Below, one piece after another: positions 56,266 through 64,000 of a stretch of DNA of 64,000 nucleotides; the stretch's first letter is position 1, and every line of letters starts with the position of its first letter. The position numbers and the translations under genes are program-made. The notes beneath the pieces are model-generated. The model did not search any database, had not been told where the DNA came from, and worked only from the letters and a program-made list of their open reading frames with translations. This stretch comes from a virus, in IMG/VR virus record IMGVR_UViG_3300002461_000841, positions 503 through 64,502 of that record; one strand, 5' to 3'.

Positions 56266-57492
56266 ATGAAGATCACAAGCTGCAATCTCACCGGGCCTAC
56301 GGGCATCATCGCCACGCCGATCACCATCGAGGCCTCGATCAACACGTCCACACTACCAGCGTTTCACGTGCCCGCGTTCGGCGATCCTAAGACCTCGCCC
56401 CGGCTCCGTGAGATGTCCACGCGCATGCGCGCGGCGATGTATGCCGTGGAGCTCACGTGGCCCGTGGGACGCATCGACATCGCGATCACGGGCGCCGACA
56501 AGATCCACGCCGCCGCCGCGCTGGATCTGCCGATGGTGCTTGCCATTGCCGGGGCCGGGCTTCCCCTCGACGGGATCATGGTACTCGGTGAGCTGGGATT
56601 CGACGGGTCCGTGCGCGCCGTGCGCGGCGTGACCCAGGCCGTGCTGCTCGCCAAGTCGCTCGGCATGCGCGGGATCCTCGTGCCGGCCGTGAACGCTCGC
56701 GAGGCGTTCGCCGTCGCGGACGGATTCCCGGTCCACGCGGTCCTGAACCTCGCTAACGTGCGCGACGCGCTCGCCGCCGAGGTGACGCAAGTGATCAGCA
56801 CGCGGCCCCGCGTCGACGGGCCGGACTTCCGCGACGTGCGCGGGCAACCAGCCATCGTCCAGGCCGTCGAGGCCGCCGTGAGGGTGCGCGCGCCGATCGC
56901 GTTGTCGGGCCCGCCGGGCACCGGCAAGACCATGATCGCGCGCCGCGTGCCGAGCATCCTGCCCGCGCTCACTCGCATCGAGGCGCTTGCCGTCACCGCC
57001 AACTACAGCGCGTGCGGGCTCGCCGAGGATCTCATCGCCGAGCGCCCGTTTCGCGCGCCCCACCACACGATCTCAACGGCGGCGCTTGTCGGCGGTGGCG
57101 CTGGTCCACGCCCTGGCGAGGCGCAGCTCGCCGCGTATGGGGTTTTGTTCCTAGACGAGTTGCACGAGTTCTCGCGGCTCGCGATCGAGGGCCTCGCAAA
57201 CGTACTCGAGCGCATGCCGGCCCGCGAGCGCCCGCTCGTGATCGCCTCGACGATGCCTTGTCCGTGCGGCTGGCGTGGCTCGGTCGAACGCGTGTGGGCG
57301 CTCACTCAGTGCTGCCAGTGCAGCACTGAAACGGTACGCCGGTTCCGCGAGCGGTGTGAGGGCTTCATGAAGGTTCTCGGGATGGCCGAACCGATCGCCG
57401 TTCAGCCCGTCACCATGACCATGCTCCGCGATGGCGCCGAGGGCGAGGCGAGCGCCGCGATTCGTGCGCGCATCGAGGCCGCCCATGGTTAG
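56266..57492 (+). CDS. Shortened, divergent ComM/YifB (Mg-chelatase-related) ATPase
   Basis: LDLP.. LGELG.DG.VR.V.G, D..DVRGQ, GPPGTGKTM, PFRAPHHT, G.PGEA.LA..GVLFLDE, PCPCG. Confidence 0.85.
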   Translation: MKITSCNLTGPTGIIATPITIEASINTSTLPAFHVPAFGDPKTSPRLREMSTRMRAAMYAVELTWPVGRIDIAITGADKIHAAAALDLPMVLAIAGAGLPLDGIMVLGELGFDGSVRAVRGVTQAVLLAKSLGMRGILVPAVNAREAFAVADGFPVHAVLNLANVRDALAAEVTQVISTRPRVDGPDFRDVRGQPAIVQAVEAAVRVRAPIALSGPPGTGKTMIARRVPSILPALTRIEALAVTANYSACGLAEDLIAERPFRAPHHTISTAALVGGGAGPRPGEAQLAAYGVLFLDELHEFSRLAIEGLANVLERMPARERPLVIASTMPCPCGWRGSVERVWALTQCCQCSTETVRRFRERCEGFMKVLGMAEPIAVQPVTMTMLRDGAEGEASAAIRARIEAAHG

Positions 57493-57682
57493 CCAGGTCG
57501 ACACCGCGCTCGCGGCCCTCAACGCGCATCAACGGCGCTACCGCGGCGAGGTCATGACCGCCGGAACCTTCGCTAGCGCGGAGTTTGATCGCCTCTACAC
57601 CGTGTGGATCTGTGCGCGGTGGGACGCCGGAGACGCGTGGGCCCGTCGGGTCTGGACCACGCGCCCCACGGGGGGCGCATGA
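57485..57682 (+). CDS. Small hypothetical protein
   Basis: Overlap coupling. Confidence 0.45.
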   Translation: MVSQVDTALAALNAHQRRYRGEVMTAGTFASAEFDRLYTVWICARWDAGDAWARRVWTTRPTGGA

Positions 57683-57999
57683 GCGCCATCGGCACCGTGA
57701 TCGAGACGCGCTACGGCACGATCGAGATCACGGGCTGGGATGGAGCCTGGCGCCACGAGATCTATCGGCCCAAGGAACCGCACCCGAGTGAACCCTGGAA
57801 CCGTGAGATCCGCGAGCGCTCGATGGCCACGGGCCCCGACGACATCAGCCCCCCGATCACCATCGGCCTCGACTACCGCGCCGAGTGCCCCGTGTTGCTG
57901 GCTCAACATCAAGCACACCCGCGAGCGCCACGACGCCGCGCTTGCGGCGATTCCTGTCACCCCCACGCGCTAGCTTCCATTCACCGACCAACCGACTAG
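57679..57999 (+). CDS. Hypothetical protein, possible 1-nt frameshift in C4 run 57888-57891
   Basis: Removing one C gives ECPCCWLNIKHTRERHDAAL...TR ending at TAG 57971-57973. Confidence 0.4.
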   Translation: MSAIGTVIETRYGTIEITGWDGAWRHEIYRPKEPHPSEPWNREIRERSMATGPDDISPPITIGLDYRAECPVLLAQHQAHPRAPRRRACGDSCHPHALASIHRPTD

Positions 58000-58011
58000 G
58001 AGGGCCACCCC

Positions 58012-58473
58012 ATGGCTACAATCAAGTTCGCTACGTTCACGCTCATCGTTTCCGACGATCTCGCGGTGCTCGCGGGGTTCACCCTCGACGCCGAAGGCCG
58101 CGCGACACTACCAAAACCGTTCTTTGAGCGGCGCTTCATTGAGGCTTACGACGACATCGCCATGCGCAGGGTCGAGACTGGCCGCGCCGCCCACGATGAT
58201 GCGGTGCTCGTCCGCATGATCGCGCTCAGTGAGCAGGCCTCGCATCGTGCCGACGAGCGCAAGACGGCCGAGCTCGAACTCGACACACAACGCACGCGGC
58301 TCCGCGCCGCCTCACTCGAGACGGCCATCGCGGGGCAGGCCACCGCGATCGGAGCAATCGCGCTCGAAGTGCAATCCAAGCGCGTCGAGGCGTCGCAGAA
58401 TGACCTCGCACTGGGCAAGATTCACGAGGCGATCCATGCGTTCAACACCGAGCGCGCGAAGGCGGCCCAATGA
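58012..58473 (+). CDS. Coiled-coil hypothetical protein
   Basis: AGGAGG SD. Confidence 0.6.
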   Translation: MATIKFATFTLIVSDDLAVLAGFTLDAEGRATLPKPFFERRFIEAYDDIAMRRVETGRAAHDDAVLVRMIALSEQASHRADERKTAELELDTQRTRLRAASLETAIAGQATAIGAIALEVQSKRVEASQNDLALGKIHEAIHAFNTERAKAAQ

Positions 58474-59048
58474 CCATCATGATTGGCCTCACGATCACCA
58501 GCACGTACGGTGCGCCGTCCACCCACACAGACACGCCCGGCGCCCTCGACTACGAGGTCACGCTCACCGACGCCGAGGGCAACGCTACGCAGGGCGAGGT
58601 AACGCTCTGTCCACGACAGTACGACGGCAAGCTCGCCGCCTGGGGCACCCTCGACAATTGGTGCTCGGACGCCCTTGTGAGCGTCGCGTGCCTGCTCACC
58701 GATCATAGCCGCGCAGAATTCTTTGCCGCGATCGTCGCCGATTGCATCGACGACGACACCGAACGCGAAATCGAGGTCGAGTTGTCGGCCGCGAAAGCCG
58801 CCGAGAGTGATGTCACCGAGGTGGCTAACGCGCCCGATGGCATCCAATCGCTTCGCGATGGCGCACGCGTGCCGCCGGCGGTGGAGTGGGGCGAGGCCGC
58901 CGCCAACGCGGCGCGGGCCACCGTGGGCGCATTCCGCCCTATCCCTGAGGTGATCGGCGACGCATGGCGCGCCGCGTACGAGCTTACGGCCGCAAAGCTC
59001 GCCGAAGAATGGGTTGCCGAGCACGATGTCAAGCGGGCGGATGGTTAG
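58470..59048 (+). CDS. Acidic hypothetical protein
   Basis: ATGA overlap. Confidence 0.55.
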   Translation: MTIMIGLTITSTYGAPSTHTDTPGALDYEVTLTDAEGNATQGEVTLCPRQYDGKLAAWGTLDNWCSDALVSVACLLTDHSRAEFFAAIVADCIDDDTEREIEVELSAAKAAESDVTEVANAPDGIQSLRDGARVPPAVEWGEAAANAARATVGAFRPIPEVIGDAWRAAYELTAAKLAEEWVAEHDVKRADG

Positions 59049-59445
59049 CGTGCGCGTATGGAACATCATCAAGCGCGTTGGGCTCGACGCCGAACGCGTG
59101 TTCATGGGCTCCGATCGTGGCTCCGTCGCGCGCGAGTTGGGTACGCCTAACATCGTCGGCGTGCTCGACATCCCCCGCGACGTGCTGCGCGAATGGGATC
59201 CCACCGTCGGCTACGGGCTCGTGTGCCTCGCGCCGGCCTGGTCCCCGGGCGGTCCGCTCGTCCGCAAGAGCCCGATCAACTTCCACCGCTTCGGGGACCG
59301 CGCGCCGATTCGCGTGCCGGTGGTGTGGGTCGCCACCACGCCGGACGGGATCCCGTGCTCGATCGACGAGCCGATCGCGACGTACCTGCTCGCGATGATG
59401 AAGCAGCACGCTCCTATGACCGATCTCGCGGTGGCGGCGTCATGA
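59041..59445 (+). CDS. Hypothetical protein
   Basis: Overlap coupling. Confidence 0.55.
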   Translation: MVSVRVWNIIKRVGLDAERVFMGSDRGSVARELGTPNIVGVLDIPRDVLREWDPTVGYGLVCLAPAWSPGGPLVRKSPINFHRFGDRAPIRVPVVWVATTPDGIPCSIDEPIATYLLAMMKQHAPMTDLAVAAS

Positions 59446-59990
59446 GCGACGAGTTAGCGCTTGACGCGCACGACGCGTTACCAGACCTCGAACTTCCCGA
59501 AGCACCCGTGGCCGACACGGATGCGTTCTACAGCGCGGACAACGGCGTCGGCGTCGACTTGCTCGACGCTAAGCAGTACGTCGAATGTGGCCCCGCGATG
59601 TTCCCGGCCACGGACCCGCTCGAGATGTTGCAACGGCTCGTGCGTGGCGTCGACGGCGCGATCGAGGAGCTATGCGACGGCATCGCCAAGCAGCTCAAGG
59701 AGTACCAGACCGCGACGCGCGCGCTCGTCGCCGCGCGTGAGGCTGCCTACAGCACACGGATCACCGAGCTGCGCGACCAGATCGCGACCCAAGCCGAACG
59801 CCTCGCGGCCCACGCCGCCGCGCGTCCTATGGGGCAGCTACAGCTCGTCGGTGCCGTCGCCGACGCGCTCCCCGTCAACCCCGAAGCCGATCGCGCGGTC
59901 AACCAAGCGCTCGCGCGCCACTCACGCGCCGGCGGTAGCCGCAAGCTCACCGCCAAACCCCGCACGCCTCGAAAGGGCCCCACCAAGTGA
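59442..59990 (+). CDS. Hypothetical helical protein
   Basis: ATGA overlap. Confidence 0.55.
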   Translation: MSDELALDAHDALPDLELPEAPVADTDAFYSADNGVGVDLLDAKQYVECGPAMFPATDPLEMLQRLVRGVDGAIEELCDGIAKQLKEYQTATRALVAAREAAYSTRITELRDQIATQAERLAAHAAARPMGQLQLVGAVADALPVNPEADRAVNQALARHSRAGGSRKLTAKPRTPRKGPTK

Positions 59991-60166
59991 AGATCATCCC
60001 GATCCTGTTCCTGCTCGCGTGCGCGTCCGGCGACGACACCGAGCCCGAGATCCCGACCTGCGCCGAGCTCGGCGCCCAACCCGATGACCCGCTGTTCTGC
60101 ACCGCCGAGGGGCTCTGCACCTACGACGGCATGCAGTGCCGTCGCGTCGAGCCGAAGGCTGAGTAG
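59987..60166 (+). CDS. Small Cys-rich lipoprotein (59 aa)
   Basis: Hand translation MKIIPILFLLAC... (lipobox LLAC) plus 4 further Cys; absent from ORF track. Confidence 0.6.
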   Translation: MKIIPILFLLACASGDDTEPEIPTCAELGAQPDDPLFCTAEGLCTYDGMQCRRVEPKAE

Positions 60167-60168
60167 CC

Positions 60169-60546
60169 ATGGTCACAGACTGGGCTTCCTGGCAAGAACA
60201 GGAGTGGCGGGAGCACGTGAAGCGCCTCGAAGATCTCAAGCGCGCGACGCGCCCGCCACAAGATCGCGACTATCACGTCGAGGTCCGCATGGGGAGTGGC
60301 TACCACATGATCGATTCGGACATGTGCATCACGTGGCTACGGGCCGACACCGGCATCAGCGAGATCATCACGAAGCTCACCGAGTTGATGCCACGGCTCG
60401 CGCGTCGCAAGTACACGTGGGTGTGCATGTATGAGGCCGGAGCGCCTCAGCGTGGCCCATGGTACCTGCCGATCGAGTGCGTCACGAATATCTGGCTGTA
60501 CCCGCAATCAACTGGCACCCCGCACACCGAAGGGCCCTACCGCTGA
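60169..60546 (+). CDS. Hypothetical protein
   Basis: Operon spacing. Confidence 0.55.
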   Translation: MVTDWASWQEQEWREHVKRLEDLKRATRPPQDRDYHVEVRMGSGYHMIDSDMCITWLRADTGISEIITKLTELMPRLARRKYTWVCMYEAGAPQRGPWYLPIECVTNIWLYPQSTGTPHTEGPYR

Positions 60547-60971
60547 TGCCGATCGACTTCCTCGCCAGGCTCTCACCCAAAGCTCGCGCGCGCTACGAGG
60601 CCACCAAGGAGTGGCATGACCGCAGGTGCGCCGAGGCCACGACGTTCACTGACGCCGAGCTTGCCGACAAGCTCACGTACTACATGGCCAACAGCACGCA
60701 GTTGCCACAGTGGGCCCCAGGCGAACCCGTGTACGACGCCGCGATCTGGCACGTGCTTCTGCCCGAGGTGATCAAACGCCTCAAGATACCGCCGCGACTC
60801 GGACCCTCGTCACGCGCCGTAGTGACCCGCCATGTGGTGGACGTGTTCCGGCGCCGCAGCAACACCAACATGCGCGAAGCCGAGGAGCTTGCCCCGCTTC
60901 TCGTCGATGCGGTGCTCGCGGGGCTGCAGCACCTCGGCAGCACGACCGCTACGGACAAGGGACCAACGTGA
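60546..60971 (+). CDS. Hypothetical protein
   Basis: TGATG coupling. Confidence 0.55.
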   Translation: MPIDFLARLSPKARARYEATKEWHDRRCAEATTFTDAELADKLTYYMANSTQLPQWAPGEPVYDAAIWHVLLPEVIKRLKIPPRLGPSSRAVVTRHVVDVFRRRSNTNMREAEELAPLLVDAVLAGLQHLGSTTATDKGPT

Positions 60972-61822
60972 AGCTAACCCCCGAAATTCAGACTACGCTC
61001 GCGAACGTCGAGCTTGCCATCGTCGGTCAGACCCTCGGGCTACGTCTTCCCGCCGGACTCGATCGCGCGCTCTATGTGAAAGCCAACAAGGCGCTCGAGG
61101 CGCTTGGCGGGAAGTGGAACCGCGGCGCGAAGGCGCATCTGTTCGGCAACACGTCGGCCGCCGAGCTCGAAGCGAGCCTTGAACGTGCGATCACGCTCGG
61201 CGAGGTCACGACGGCCGCCGACCTGGGCTTCTTCGCAACCCCGCCCGCGCTCGCGAAGAAGCTCGTGGGGCTCGCTGACGTTCGCCAGGGCATGACCGCG
61301 CTCGAACCGAGCGCCGGCGAGGGCGCCATCGTGCGCGAACTACTCCGCGTTGGCGCTAAGGTCACGATCTGCGAACGCGACCCGAAACGGTTCGCGAAGG
61401 CCGAGGCCGTGGCTAGCGAGTTCAAGCAGGGCGCGCGAGGACCGTTCATCAACTCATGGGGGCGCAAGCCCGAAGATGCTGACGGAGCGTTCCCGGCCTT
61501 CGAGCCGTTCGATGACTTCATGGACGTGCCGGCAGCGCAGGAGTTCGATCGCGTCGTGATGAACCCGCCCTTCTGCAAAGTCGGCAAGGGCGATCACCTC
61601 GATCACGTGTACCACGCGTGGCAGTTCTTGAAGCCCGGCGGCGTGCTCGTCGCCGTGCTGCCGTCGAGCGTCGAGTTCCGCACCGATAAGCGCCATCGCG
61701 AGTTCATCGCGTGGTGGCAGGACGAAGCCTACGCCTTCAACTTGCAACCGCTGCCGGCGGGCTCGTTCAAGGCGAGTGGCACGATGGTGAACACGTGCGT
61801 GCTGCGCATGGTGAAGCCGTGA
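60968..61822 (+). CDS. N6-adenine DNA methyltransferase
   Basis: FFATP, LEPSAGEGAI (motif I), VVMNPPF (motif IV). Confidence 0.85.
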   Translation: MKLTPEIQTTLANVELAIVGQTLGLRLPAGLDRALYVKANKALEALGGKWNRGAKAHLFGNTSAAELEASLERAITLGEVTTAADLGFFATPPALAKKLVGLADVRQGMTALEPSAGEGAIVRELLRVGAKVTICERDPKRFAKAEAVASEFKQGARGPFINSWGRKPEDADGAFPAFEPFDDFMDVPAAQEFDRVVMNPPFCKVGKGDHLDHVYHAWQFLKPGGVLVAVLPSSVEFRTDKRHREFIAWWQDEAYAFNLQPLPAGSFKASGTMVNTCVLRMVKP

Positions 61823-62103
61823 GGCCGCCGGATCCGTCCGGGCCGCCGATCGTGTTCTCGATGGAGGACGCGACGGCCACGGCCCGCATGTGGCGTACGC
61901 TGATGATCATCGGAATCGTAGCAGCCCTGGTCCAGCTCGCGGTTTTCGTCGCGCGCCCGACCGAGCCCCGCGCGCTGCTCGCGTTCACTAACGCGATGGT
62001 GGCGCTGCTATGTCGCCACCAACGCGCGTTCTGGAACCGCCGCATCTGGCGCGCGCTCGTGAAGGCTTCGGTATTCGGGGCCATCAAGCGAGATGTCCAA
62101 TGA
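61819..62103 (+). CDS. Small membrane protein
   Basis: Two hydrophobic helices; GTGA overlap. Confidence 0.5.
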   Translation: MRPPDPSGPPIVFSMEDATATARMWRTLMIIGIVAALVQLAVFVARPTEPRALLAFTNAMVALLCRHQRAFWNRRIWRALVKASVFGAIKRDVQ

Positions 62104-62795
62104 AGCACTACAACAAGCATGAGGAACGCGATTCCGCGTTGCGGTCCGCGCTCAAGGCCTTCGGCGCCGAGCTCGTGGCGACCGAGCCATGCATCAAGAT
62201 TCGGCTGCCCAAGGCGTACGACAAGCAGGCCCTGATCGCGTTGCTCGCCGAGCACGACATCATCGTGAACGAGCCCACGCCATCCAACCTAGACGCGTTC
62301 CTCGCCGCGGTCACGGGCGCCGAACATGGGGGCGCCAATCGCGAGCTGGCCTATCACGAGGCCCCGTTCGCGTCCGGGAAGTACCCGATCCTCCCGCGAG
62401 GCTTCGCGGCGGGCGGCGGCACCGTGACAGGGCGCGCCGAGCGCATCGGCGGCACGCTCGATCTTGATGCGCTGGGGCGCGAGCACGCGAAAGCGTGGCG
62501 CGATTGCGCTGCACTCGTCGCCAATGGCCCCCAAGGGGGCGCGCTGATCGAGGCGCGGCCTGGATGTGCGCTCGCCTACGAGTTCTCCGAATTGGGTTTC
62601 AATCTGTCCGACTACGGCCTCGACGACGCGCCGCTCGGGATCAGCATCTGGGAGGGTACGGCAGAGGCCCAATCACCGCCGTTCGAGAACCCGCTCGAGA
62701 TCGGTATCGACTACGAAGGCGCGTTTCGCCGCCTCACCGCCGAGGAGGCCGCGAAGGTCCAAGCAGGCGAACCGATCTGGGGTTCCGGAAAATGA
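62100..62795 (+). CDS. Hypothetical protein
   Basis: ATGA overlap. Confidence 0.55.
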   Translation: MKHYNKHEERDSALRSALKAFGAELVATEPCIKIRLPKAYDKQALIALLAEHDIIVNEPTPSNLDAFLAAVTGAEHGGANRELAYHEAPFASGKYPILPRGFAAGGGTVTGRAERIGGTLDLDALGREHAKAWRDCAALVANGPQGGALIEARPGCALAYEFSELGFNLSDYGLDDAPLGISIWEGTAEAQSPPFENPLEIGIDYEGAFRRLTAEEAAKVQAGEPIWGSGK

Positions 62796-63178
62796 AGGCG
62801 CTCGCGATCGATTGCCCGAACGGATGCGCACCCGCCGGCACGTTCTGCAACGGGTACGGCGTAGGCCTCGATATCTGTCAGACCCGGATCAACCGGGCTC
62901 GCGCGATCACCCTCGCCAAGCGAAAGGGGTGTGAGTTGCCTCCCCTTGATGCTGTGACCGAGGAGGACTTGGAAGCGTGGCGGGAAGCCTGCACCAAGCG
63001 CGCGGATCGGATCGGAGCGCCGTTCCACGAGAGGACCCTTTGGCGAGGCCGCGAAACCGACGCGCAGATCGCTTTGGGGCGCCTACGTCCGTTCAAGGGT
63101 GGGACCCGCCAGGACTCGCGAAAGCGCGTCGTAGAGGCGATCCGCGCGTACCGAAGGACGTTAGCGCTTGACGCCTAG
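62792..63178 (+). CDS. Hypothetical protein with Cys cluster
   Basis: CPNGC..C..C; ATGA overlap. Confidence 0.5.
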   Translation: MKALAIDCPNGCAPAGTFCNGYGVGLDICQTRINRARAITLAKRKGCELPPLDAVTEEDLEAWREACTKRADRIGAPFHERTLWRGRETDAQIALGRLRPFKGGTRQDSRKRVVEAIRAYRRTLALDA

Positions 63179-63202
63179 GTGTCGGATACCATAGAATATC
63201 CG
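63168..63202 (+). promoter_or_regulatory. Sigma70-like promoter with overlapping inverted repeat
   Basis: TTGACG-18 nt-TAGAAT; CGGATA/TATCCG dyad around the -10. Confidence 0.5.
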
Positions 63203-63356
63203 CTACCTACGTAAAACCCAATGATAACAAGCACTTAACCCTCTAAGTGCCTGATCCCTCGTCAAGCGCGATCTCAAACCCGCCAACCTGCCCCCGCGAG
63301 GGGCCCGTATCCATGTCCGGCACCCGGACAAACGCCAACGTCCCGAAAGGATCCCC

Positions 63357-64000
63357 ATGCCCGTCGATAACTTCCCCGTCTTCGCTCAGCTCGTAGCCGA
63401 ATCGTTTCAGGCCATCGCCAAAAGCTCGGAGGTGTTTGTTGCCGGCGCCGATGGTGACGCGCTCTATGAGGCCTACCTCGCTGTATTCCCCGCGGGCACC
63501 AATCTGACCTTCAAGAAGCGGCCCGAGCACGAATGCTCGACGTGTCGACAGTTCATTCGCCGGGCGGGCAACGTCATCGCCGTCGATGATCAGGGCCCCA
63601 TTCGCACCGTTTGGGAGGAAGCCAGCAAGAAGGCGCCATACCCCTACAACGTTGTGGCTGCCGCGCTGCACGCCATCGTGATCACCGGCGACATCTCCGA
63701 CCTGTTCCGCGTCCGACGCGCTCGCTCTCCGCTGACGGTCAGGCGCTGACGTGGAGCCACCTTCACACGGGTCCGATCCCCAAGCGATTGCAGGCCGCCT
63801 CGCCTGACCAGGTGTGCGGCGATTACCGCACCACGGTGCAGGTATTCACGCGAGGGCTCACCGAGCTCTCGCCCTCGGCGATCGAGACCGTACTCGCGCT
63901 GATCGACGCCAACAACCTCTATCGCGGCGCCGAGCACAAGCACGCCGTTGCCGAGTTCCTGACGGCGCAGCGCGAATACCATCACCGTAAGGCGACAACC
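63357..64000 (+). pseudogene. Phage protein with frameshift at about 63714; runs off the right edge
   Basis: FPAGTN...HECSTCRQFI...DLFRV, then a shifted frame TRSL...TWSHLH...ETVLALIDANNLYRGAEH open to 64000. Confidence 0.6.

Noticed and set aside
1-64000. tRNA, rRNA, IS elements, RNA polymerase or sigma factor genes
   Set aside because: No cloverleaf/T-loop signatures, transposase or polymerase motifs recognised by eye; tRNAscan-SE and HMM searches would be needed to exclude them fully

Overview
The whole window reads as part of a high-GC bacterial virus genome: dense small ORFs, no host housekeeping genes, and no rRNA, tRNA, CRISPR array or integrase that I can recognise. Left (1-10.9 kb): recombination/replication genes (DUF669-like SSB, Sak4/AAA_24-like ATPase, PD-(D/E)XK nuclease, SNF2 helicase, a frameshifted SF3-like NTPase, J-domain and TSCPD-domain proteins). 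Centre (11-53 kb): a long structural region. It has no recognisable HK97 capsid, portal, terminase or tail genes. It does have candidate single-jelly-roll capsid proteins, about 15 C-terminally anchored membrane proteins, a membrane-anchored transglutaminase-like enzyme with an intein at its catalytic Cys, peptidoglycan-binding/hydrolase proteins, four paralogous repeat-rich spike genes, glycosyl/methyltransferases and a triplicated beta-rich gene. Right (53.6-64 kb): early-type genes including RadC, a degenerate ComM/YifB and an N6-adenine MTase. My working inference is a large tailless, internal-membrane virus (Varidnaviria/Singelaviria-like), possibly an undescribed lineage; folds could not be verified without structure or profile searches. 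The non-coding sequence shows a virus-specific promoter grammar: a dyad TG(A/T)CA box exactly 11 nt before a TAnnnT -10, and widespread leaderless extended -10 starts. It also has a 128-bp coaxial palindrome and iteron-like repeats. Many long ORFs in the supplied track are antisense shadows. Start codons were often re-chosen by hand.
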